NCBI GenBank assembly: GCA_021806565.1
Contig: JAJZXK010000004.1
Location: 11,445-75,444 of the forward strand
Direction: 5' to 3'
Length of the DNA: 64,000 nt
Source: Bacillota bacterium
GTDB lineage: Bacteria > Bacillota > Sulfobacillia > RBS10-35 > JAJYVN01
The notes beneath the pieces are model-generated. The model was given only the letters and a program-made list of their open reading frames with translations. It was not told the origin of the DNA and searched no databases. The position numbers and the translations under genes were made by a program. Below are positions 51,108 through 57,968 of this stretch, in pieces. Numbering within the stretch: position 1 is the first letter of the stretch; each line of letters begins with the position of its first letter.

Positions 51108-52634
51108 TCAATCCGGCCGCCGCTGGCGGTTCGCCTCAAGCCCGCGGCCGACCTCGCCGGCGGCGCCGGCCGCCCGCTCGGCCTCCGCTGGCGGAATCGG
51201 ATGGGCGCTGTAACGGGCATACTCATAGAGTTGAGTCAACTCGGCCACGGCCGGCTCGCTACCCAGCGCCCGCCGCGCGAGTTCCGGCTCGAAGCGCCGC
51301 GGACTGGCCGACAACGGCCGCACCAGTCCGTGGGCCCGGGCCTGTGTCAGCACACGACGGTAGGCCAGGCGCACCCTCCGGCGCGGATCCGCCCACCAGG
51401 CCAGAAATCCGGGCTCCGCCACAGCCCTGGCGCCGGCCAGGCCCCGCGCCTGCGGGCCGGAGGCTCCACCCCGCATAGCGGCCCGCCCCCCCGACCACCA
51501 GGGCGCCCACTGCCACAGGACCGAGACCAGGGCCGCCAACGCTTGGCGCAGGGCCTCCCACAGGTCCGAGAGCACCTCCCACAGGGCCAGACGGCCGCCG
51601 CCTCCCCGGCCGTGGCGCAGCCACTCGATCCCCAGACGTACCAGGGCATAGACGACGATCAGCGCCACCAGTCCGACCACCACGTAGGCGCCGAGCGCGA
51701 GCGCCGCCCCGCCGAATCCCGCCGGGCCCTGGGTCGGCCCGGCTGGACCCGGGGCCAGATGCGCCCCACCCATGGCACTCCCGCCCACCCGCGCGGCCGC
51801 GTGCGGCAGCAGAGCCACGACCGCGCCGACGTCGGCCCGCCGAACCCCGGCGAGGGAGGGATAGGCTGGCAGCACGGCCGCGGCCGCGACACAGGCGGCG
51901 ACCGCCACGAACCCGAACGCCGCCGACCGCGAGGCAAAGTCCATGGCGACCACCGCCCCGTCGACCGCCGCCCGGCGGGCCAGCCAGCGGCGCATGCCCT
52001 GGGCCAGCAGCAGCAACCCACAACCAACCGCGGCCACCATGCCGATCCCGGCCAACAGTGCCGGAGCGCGCCCCCCTGCACCGCCCAACCCCGCCGCGAC
52101 GACCGCCAGGGCACCCAGCGCGACAAAGACCCCGCCCACCGTTCCCTGAACCTGCTCGGCGATGCTCGGTTGGGGCCGGTCGCGGCGGACCGGGGCCAGG
52201 ACCTCGCCGCCATTCTGCCCATCGGCGCGCGGAACCGGAGGCGGCAGCGGGGCTAGGCCCCGCCACAACTGGCCGACCTGCCACCACAGGCCCCAGACGC
52301 AGAGGCCGGCCAACCCGAGGTCCACCGCCGCCTTCGTTCGATACGCCGTGAAGGGCACCAGCAAGCCCAAGGCCAGGATCAGGCCCACATAGGCAAACTC
52401 TCCGTCCCCTCCGCCCTCGGGCCGGCCCCAGGCGGCCAGGCAGCGGCCGAGCACCGCCACCAGCAACGCCGCGGCCAGGACCGGGTATGGTGGCGCGGAG
52501 GCGCCAAGCCGCGCCCAGGCGGAGGCCACCAGCAGGGCGGCCCCCGCGCCCATGCCGGCGACCAGCAGGGCAGCCCCCGCCACCGTGGATCCGGCATCTC
52601 GCCGCGCGCGCGGCCGCAGACGGATCACCCCCAT
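51108..52634 (-). CDS. polytopic membrane protein with C-terminal DUF4129-like domain (copy 2)
   Basis: The start overlaps the DUF58 copy-2 stop by 10 nt. The C-terminal LAYRRVLTQA...SPRRFEPELA...VAELTQLYEYARYSAHP is paralogous to copy 1. No transglutaminase core was seen. Confidence 0.7.
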   Translation of the reverse strand: MGVIRLRPRARRDAGSTVAGAALLVAGMGAGAALLVASAWARLGASAPPYPVLAAALLVAVLGRCLAAWGRPEGGGDGEFAYVGLILALGLLVPFTAYRTKAAVDLGLAGLCVWGLWWQVGQLWRGLAPLPPPVPRADGQNGGEVLAPVRRDRPQPSIAEQVQGTVGGVFVALGALAVVAAGLGGAGGRAPALLAGIGMVAAVGCGLLLLAQGMRRWLARRAAVDGAVVAMDFASRSAAFGFVAVAACVAAAAVLPAYPSLAGVRRADVGAVVALLPHAAARVGGSAMGGAHLAPGPAGPTQGPAGFGGAALALGAYVVVGLVALIVVYALVRLGIEWLRHGRGGGGRLALWEVLSDLWEALRQALAALVSVLWQWAPWWSGGRAAMRGGASGPQARGLAGARAVAEPGFLAWWADPRRRVRLAYRRVLTQARAHGLVRPLSASPRRFEPELARRALGSEPAVAELTQLYEYARYSAHPIPPAEAERAAGAAGEVGRGLEANRQRRPD

Positions 52635-53812
52635 GCGACATCCCCCTCAAGGGTGACCGACAGCACCTGCACCCCGGCGCACGGAGGCAGGGCGCGCAGA
52701 TCGAACCCCAATAGCACGACCGGATGCCGGCGCCGAGCGATGGCGGCCGCCGCCCCCCAGACCCCTTCGTCGTGGCCGGAGGTCAGTACGACCAAGCCCT
52801 CCCCGGGGGAGAGCTGCAAGCCATGCCGCCCGAGGAGTTGCGCCAACCCCGGACCGGGCGCCGGGTGCAGTTCCGCCAGCACCTCCAGCAGGCGGCGGCG
52901 GTGGAGCACCCCCGACGCCGGGGGCACCCGCAGCAGCCGGGCCGTGTCCTCCAGCACCCCGCGGCCGTCGGCGACATAGCGCACCGTGCGCGCGAAGGCC
53001 AGCAGCCCGACCGGCTGCGGCCCATCCGGCGGCGCCCAGGCATACGACGCCGCCACCGAGAGGGCCCGTTCCAGGCAGCGTGTCCCCACAGGGCCGCGCC
53101 AGGCCGCCGGGTCCATGTCCAGCACCAACGTGCGGCTGCGCTCGCGCACCCGGGGAAATTCCCGTACCTGCAGCAGACCGGTGCGAGCGGTCGCCTTCCA
53201 CGCCAGCCAGCGCATGGGGTCCCCCGGCTGGTAGTCCCGTAGGCCCAGCACCAATTCCTCGCGGAAGGGGCTGTCGGGCTGCCGCCGCGGCCCGGCCGGG
53301 ACCACGGGTCGGCCGGGCAGGGGCGGCAGGGGGTGGACCGCGGGATACACCGTCACCCACAGCGGCAGGTCCATCCGCCCGTCGATACTGCACAGCCCGA
53401 ACCAGTCTCCGAGCGTGAAGTCCACCCGGCCGATGCGGTAGCGGCCGCGACGCGTCGGGGTGAACGTGAAACGGAAGGAGGTCGTCCCCACGGGAGCCAC
53501 CGTCCCGCAGGCCTGAAAGCTCGCGCCCGCTTCCAGATGCACCGGCAGGCGCTCGCGCAGCCACAGCCAGGGCACCGGTAGCCGGCTGCCGTTGACCAGC
53601 GCGATCTCGACCTCGACCGACTCGCCCGGGGCGACGTGCGTTGCCGAGAGGCGCTGGCGCAGCGCCAGCGCCCGCCCCACCCGGCCGACCAACCACCAGA
53701 CCGACAGCCAGAGCAGGGCCATGGTGTAAACAGCGAGGGTGACCGGCCAGGTGTGGACCAGCAAGGCCGCCACGGCCAGCACGACCAGGGCCGCGGCCCA
53801 CGGGATGCGCAA
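52625..53812 (-). CDS. DUF58-family (vWA-like) protein (copy 2)
   Basis: ORF 52625..54133 overlaps the tRNA. GGGAGGGG SD lies 8 nt before TTG 53812 (LRIPWAAALVVLAVAALLV). GDWFGL...TVYP...SPFREELVLGLRDYQPGDPMRWLAWKATARTGLLQVREFPRVRERSRTLVLD. Confidence 0.75.
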   Translation of the reverse strand: MRIPWAAALVVLAVAALLVHTWPVTLAVYTMALLWLSVWWLVGRVGRALALRQRLSATHVAPGESVEVEIALVNGSRLPVPWLWLRERLPVHLEAGASFQACGTVAPVGTTSFRFTFTPTRRGRYRIGRVDFTLGDWFGLCSIDGRMDLPLWVTVYPAVHPLPPLPGRPVVPAGPRRQPDSPFREELVLGLRDYQPGDPMRWLAWKATARTGLLQVREFPRVRERSRTLVLDMDPAAWRGPVGTRCLERALSVAASYAWAPPDGPQPVGLLAFARTVRYVADGRGVLEDTARLLRVPPASGVLHRRRLLEVLAELHPAPGPGLAQLLGRHGLQLSPGEGLVVLTSGHDEGVWGAAAAIARRRHPVVLLGFDLRALPPCAGVQVLSVTLEGDVAWG

Positions 53813-54078
53813 CCGCCCCGCCCCTCCCGACCACCGCGACCGGCCTCCCGCCCGCGACGTCCCCCGTCCATCGGCGGGCTTCTCGGCGCGGCACGCGGGG
53901 CCCTGCCGCACCAGTGCCGGCGGCGGGGCGCGACCGCAGCATGGCCGGTGCCTTGGCCTGTTCTGGCAGGGCCGGGGGATCGACGGGACGGTGCTGGAGG
54001 GGACCGGCCCTGCGCGACCGGCGTGGTTCGCTGCGGTGCCGGAGTGCCCGGCGCCTGAAACACGCCCCCGAGCAACGC

Positions 54079-54112
54079 AAAAGCCCCGCCCCGGTCTACC
54101 CGGAGGCGGGGC
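54079..54112 (-). terminator. intrinsic terminator after tRNA-Arg
   Basis: Minus strand reads GCCCCGCC-N14-GGCGGGGC followed by TTTTGCGTT. Confidence 0.6.
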
Positions 54113-54132
54113 GGCGTTCTTTCGGTCTTGCA

Positions 54133-54211
54133 TGGTGCGCCCGGCAGGATTTGAACCTGCGCAAACCAGGCTCCGGAGGCCTGTGCTCTATCCGGGCTGA
54201 GCTACGGGCGC
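54133..54211 (-). tRNA. tRNA-Arg (anticodon CCG), CCA encoded
   Basis: GCGCCCGTAGCTCAGCCCGGATAGAGCACAGGCCTCCGGAGCCTGGTTTGCGCAGGTTCAAATCCTGCCGGGCGCACCA. Acceptor stem GCGCCCG/CGGGCGC, anticodon loop CTCCGGA, T-arm GCAGG-TTCAAAT-CCTGC. Confidence 0.9.
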
Positions 54212-54402
54212 GCCCGACACGAACAGGCACAGCATAGCACGCTCCGGGGAACCCGTCAAAGCGCCTCGGCGGGCGGCGGCTCCCGCGGCGCGTTCCGCGA
54301 TGGCGCACGATTCTCCACGACAGCCGGACCGCGGCTGTGGCAGACTGCGCCCGTCCGGTCCAAAATCGGCACGGCTACGGGCCGAAAGGCGGCGACGCGT
54401 GG

Positions 54403-55440
54403 ATGGACACGCGGTCACATCTGGACCCCGTGGAGCGGATCTACGACGCGCGGACCCGCGGCGTCTGCCTGATCGGCACGGCCGCCGGGGCCCGCATGCA
54501 CCTGCACGCGGGCTGCTGGGTGACGCCCGTGGCGGGGGCGCCCCCCAGGGTACTGGTGGCCTTCCCAAAGGAGTTCGAGGGCGCCGACTTGGCGCGCCGG
54601 GGCGGCGCCTTCTCCGTCAGCCTGCCGGCCCGCGACCAAAAGGACCTCAACGCCGCGCTTTTCGCCGGGCGTCACTCCCTGGACGCCCTCGGGCGTGAAC
54701 GCTTCCTGCGCGCACCGAGCGGCTGCCCGGTCCTGCGCGACGGCGTCGGCTACCTCGACTGCCAGGCCGACGAATTCGTCGATCTGGGCGATTTCCTGCT
54801 GGCCGTCGGCGATCTGCGGGCCGCCGCCACGCTACACCCGGAAAAGGAAGCCCTGACGGTCAACGAGATCCAGCAGGAAGCCCGATCGGACGCCCGCGCG
54901 GTCCTGCCCCTGGCCGCCTTCGAGGACGACGGCGCGGGGCTGGCGCCGGCCCCGGTGGACGGTGCGGACGCGGGGGCGCTACTGGCGGTACACGGACACC
55001 GTCCCTGGGGGCGCTTCCTGGTCTCCGCCGCCTGGGAGGGCCGCGCCCATCTCCACGTCAACGCCTGGGCCATCCAGTGCTCGCACGAGCCCCCGCGCCT
55101 CTTGGTCTGCATCGACCGCCGCTCACCCGCCGCGGACCTGGTGGGGGCCTCCGGCCGGTTCGCCCTCTCGCTGCTCGCCACGGATCAGTGGTCGCTGGCC
55201 GAGACGCTGCAGGCCCGCGCCGCCACACCGCAAACGCTTGAGGCCCTGGCCGCACTGGCCGGCACGCTGGGCGTCTACCTGCGCCAGGTGGGCGGCCTGC
55301 CCGTTCTGGAGGACGCCGTCGCCCATTTCGTCTGCCGGTCGGAAGGCACGTTCGGGAGCGGCGCGAACCACGTCGGCTTCTACGGCCCGGTGGTCGCCTG
55401 CGATTGGGGCCGGCACCCGGCGGACCACCCGCCGGGATGA
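54403..55440 (+). CDS. protein with two tandem flavin-reductase-like (FMN-binding split-barrel) domains
   Basis: ORF 54337..55440, starting at ATG 54403. The first half reads GVCLIGTAAG...VSLPARDQKDL...CPVLRDGVGYLDCQADEFVDLGDFLLAVGDL. The second half repeats the pattern (LSLLATDQWSL...LPVLEDAVAHFVCRSEG...NHVGFYGPVV). Confidence 0.7.
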   Translation: MDTRSHLDPVERIYDARTRGVCLIGTAAGARMHLHAGCWVTPVAGAPPRVLVAFPKEFEGADLARRGGAFSVSLPARDQKDLNAALFAGRHSLDALGRERFLRAPSGCPVLRDGVGYLDCQADEFVDLGDFLLAVGDLRAAATLHPEKEALTVNEIQQEARSDARAVLPLAAFEDDGAGLAPAPVDGADAGALLAVHGHRPWGRFLVSAAWEGRAHLHVNAWAIQCSHEPPRLLVCIDRRSPAADLVGASGRFALSLLATDQWSLAETLQARAATPQTLEALAALAGTLGVYLRQVGGLPVLEDAVAHFVCRSEGTFGSGANHVGFYGPVVACDWGRHPADHPPG

Positions 55441-55479
55441 TCGGACGCGCGCCCGCCCGTCGGCCCGGCGCGCGCCGAC

Positions 55480-56049
55480 TCAGGCGGCCCCGCCGCCACC
55501 CCGCCAGGGCCGCAGCCGCTGCGCCGGCGCCCCGAGGTGGTAGTGCTGCACCGGTTCCTCAAACCAGGCGCAGCCGAGTTCCTGCAGCACCCGGCCGACC
55601 CGGATCGCCCCCTGCACGCTGTATGCGTTGTTGGCGTCGAAGGCCAGGGGAAAGCCGTCTCCCAGCAGGCGGCGCGCCGCCCGGATGCCCGCGATGTCCC
55701 CCGGGATGTCCGCGTCGCGGAGGTGGCGGTCGGCGTCCAGGCGCACCTTCACCAGGGATGGTCCGAGGGCCAAGCGCGCCTCCACCACGCGGCAGACCTC
55801 GTCCGGCGTGCGGCGCGCGTTGCCGCCGACCGAGGCGTAGCAGGGCAGGTCCAGGCGCCAGGCTCCGCCCAGGAGACGGTGCAGCGGCTGGTCCAGGATC
55901 CGGCCGGTCGGGTCCCTGAGCGCCATGTCGACGGCGACCAGCGCCGGGGCCAAGGCGCGGTCCGGTCCGAGCTTGATGCGGCGGTGCGCCAAGCGGGTCT
56001 GCACCACCCGCTGCGCCAGCGGATCGGCCCCCACCAGTTCAGGCGCCAT
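55480..56049 (-). pseudogene. truncated enolase-superfamily (mandelate racemase/muconate lactonizing) gene
   Basis: VAVDMALRDPTG..LHRLLGG...KVRLDADRHLRDADI..IRAARRLLGDGFPLAFDANNAYSV...LGCAWFEEPV. The family match stops right after the EEP motif, at roughly half the normal length, and the N-terminal capping region is also short. Confidence 0.55.
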
Positions 56050-56101
56050 CCCGGCCAGGATGCGCGCGCGGGGTGGGGCCGGGCCCGTCCGGGCGGGACG
56101 G

Positions 56102-56449
56102 TCACCGCCGGCGCGCGGGCGGTGAGCGGCGCAGAAACACGGCGCGCACCTCGTCGACGGTCACCATGCCGCGCTCGACCACTTCCAGCACTTGCGGCAG
56201 GAAGGCGTCGATGCGGTCGGGCGCGTCGATGATCTCGACGACGACCGGCAGGTCCACCGAGAGGGAAAACGGATGCAGCGAGTGGACCCGGCTGTGCGCG
56301 CCGTAACCCTCCACCCCGTGCACCACCGTGGCGCCGGCCATACCCTGCTCCCGGGCACGCCGCACGATCTCGTGAACCGTGCTGTGGCCGCGCCACCGCT
56401 GGCGCTCCCCCGTATAGATGCGCAGACGGCGAGCGGCCTGCTCCTGCAT
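56102..56449 (-). CDS. DUF190 (PII-like, CrcB-associated) protein, copy 2
   Basis: ORF 56102..56458. GGAAGGGG SD lies 10 nt before ATG 56449. RLRIYTGERQRWRGHSTVHEIVRRAREQGMAGATVVHGVEGYG...VVVEIID... Confidence 0.8.
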   Translation of the reverse strand: MQEQAARRLRIYTGERQRWRGHSTVHEIVRRAREQGMAGATVVHGVEGYGAHSRVHSLHPFSLSVDLPVVVEIIDAPDRIDAFLPQVLEVVERGMVTVDEVRAVFLRRSPPARRR

Positions 56450-56560
56450 CGCGCCCACGCCCCTTCCGTGACCCGCCAGGTGCCGCCGGCGGGCGAAGCT
56501 TCCCGCGACACACTTCCAGCATACTTCGATCCCAGACTGGACGCTTCTCGCAGCGCGGCC

Positions 56561-56920
56561 TCAGCCGGATCCGGCCGCGCCACCGTCCGGCCGGGACGGG
56601 TGGCCGTCGGCCACGACGCGCACCTCCTCCAGCGTCACAAGGCCCTGGGACACCATGCGCTCGAGTTCGGGCAGGAAGGGGGCGATCTTCTCCTTCGCAT
56701 CGACGATCTCGACGATCAGCGGCAGGTCGGCCTCCGTTTCCAGCAAGGTGGCGGCATGCACCCGCCCGTCGGCACCGAACCCCTCGAAGCCTCGCACAAC
56801 CGTGGCGCCCGCCAGACCGGCGGCGCGGGCCCGCCGGACGATCTGCCCGGCCAGCGGCTCGCCCTCCCAGCGGTCACTCTCGCGCACGTAGATCCGCAAC
56901 CGCTCCGCCCTGCCGGTCAC
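56561..56920 (-). CDS. DUF190 (PII-like, CrcB-associated) protein, copy 1
   Basis: GGGGAGGTGG SD precedes GTG 56920. RLRIYVRESDRWEGEPLAGQIVRRARAAGLAGATVVRGFEGFG...LIVEIVD... Confidence 0.8.
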   Translation of the reverse strand: MTGRAERLRIYVRESDRWEGEPLAGQIVRRARAAGLAGATVVRGFEGFGADGRVHAATLLETEADLPLIVEIVDAKEKIAPFLPELERMVSQGLVTLEEVRVVADGHPSRPDGGAAGSG

Positions 56921-56951
56921 GAAACCACCTCCCCACGCCGCGCACCGCGGT

Positions 56952-57347
56952 TCAGCGCGCGGTGTCCGCCGCTGTTCCGGAAAGCAGCCACCGCGCCCCC
57001 GCCATGCCTGCGGCCGCCATCACCAACCCGCCCGCCAGGCTGGCCACCAGATAGAGCGCGGCCAGTCCGGGATCCCCGTGGCGGCCGAGCAGCATCACGC
57101 CCTCCTGCCAGGTCGAGAACGTGGTGTAGGCCCCAAGGAAGCCGGTCGTCACGCCCAGGCGCAGTTCGGGCGACCACTGGGCCTCCAGGGCATACGTCTG
57201 AAGAAAACCCAGGGCAAGGCAGCCGCTGAGGTTGACCACGAAAATGCCGACGGGAAACGCCGCGTGCGGGGCCAGGGCACCGGATAGCCGCCAGCGCGCC
57301 ACCGCACCGATCGCCCCCCCGATCCAGATGAACAAATGACGCCGCAT
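56952..57347 (-). CDS. crcB: fluoride channel CrcB/Fluc subunit (second of a pair)
   Basis: ORF 56952..57365. GGGGGAGGG SD lies 5 nt before ATG 57347. GGAIGAVARW...FPVGIFVVNLSGCLALGFL...GFLGAYTTFSTW. Confidence 0.85.
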   Translation of the reverse strand: MRRHLFIWIGGAIGAVARWRLSGALAPHAAFPVGIFVVNLSGCLALGFLQTYALEAQWSPELRLGVTTGFLGAYTTFSTWQEGVMLLGRHGDPGLAALYLVASLAGGLVMAAAGMAGARWLLSGTAADTAR

Positions 57348-57365
57348 CCGCGCCCTCCCCCACAC

Positions 57366-57737
57366 TCAGAATCCGAGCCGCGCCGCCAGCCACCAACCGA
57401 ACCCCACGGCCAGGAGACCGGCCAGCGTGCTGCCCGCCACATAGAGCCCCGCGGCAAGCGGCGCCTGCTCCAGCAGCAGGAGCGTCTCGACGGTGAAGGT
57501 CGAGAAGGTCGTGAACGCCCCGATGAAGCCGATCATCACGTCGCGCACGATGAACGGCCCCCAGGCGGGAACGGCGGCGGCCAGGCTGCCGGCCAGCGCC
57601 ACCAGGATACAGCCCAGAACGTTGATCGCCAGCGTGCCCCAGGGAAACTCCACCGAGTGCCGGCGCAGGGCCAGGCCGAGCAGGTAGCGGCTCCAGGCAC
57701 CCAAGGCGCCGGCTCCAAGCACCCCGAAGACCGCCAT
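57366..57737 (-). CDS. crcB: fluoride channel CrcB/Fluc subunit (first of a pair)
   Basis: ORF 57366..57944. GGAGGGGG SD lies 6 nt before ATG 57737. GAGALGAWSRY...FPWGTLAINVLGCILVAL...GFIGAFTTFSTF. Confidence 0.9.
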   Translation of the reverse strand: MAVFGVLGAGALGAWSRYLLGLALRRHSVEFPWGTLAINVLGCILVALAGSLAAAVPAWGPFIVRDVMIGFIGAFTTFSTFTVETLLLLEQAPLAAGLYVAGSTLAGLLAVGFGWWLAARLGF

Positions 57738-57797
57738 CCCCCGCCCCCTCCGCATCGGCCCCCCGTGGGGCGGGCCCGGGGCGCCCGACCGCCAACC

Positions 57798-57890
57798 AAA
57801 CAAAAACCCCTGGGGGCCAAGCCCTCCAGGAGTTATCAGCCGCATGGGCGGTTCGAGGCGCCAGCGCCTCCGGCGAACCCCATCGCCGTC
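57798..57890 (-). promoter_or_regulatory. fluoride riboswitch (crcB motif) with intrinsic terminator
   Basis: Minus strand reads GGCGATGGGGTTCGCC-(inserted hairpin GGAGGCGCTGGCGCCTC)-GAACCGCCCATGCGGCTGATAACTCCTGG. It is followed by CCTGGAGGGCTTGGCCCCCAGGGGTTTTTGTTT. Located 60-150 nt upstream of the first crcB. Confidence 0.85.
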
Positions 57891-57915
57891 GGGTGTCCGG
57901 GACCCACCCTGAGGC

Positions 57916-57944
57916 ATCTTACGCCGGCCGGCCCGAGCCGTCAA
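57916..57944 (-). promoter_or_regulatory. predicted promoter of the fluoride-riboswitch operon
   Basis: Minus strand reads TTGACG (57939-57944), a 17-nt spacer, then TAAGAT (57916-57921). Confidence 0.5.
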
Positions 57945-57968
57945 CGACGCGGCGGGTGCCGTCGGCGC

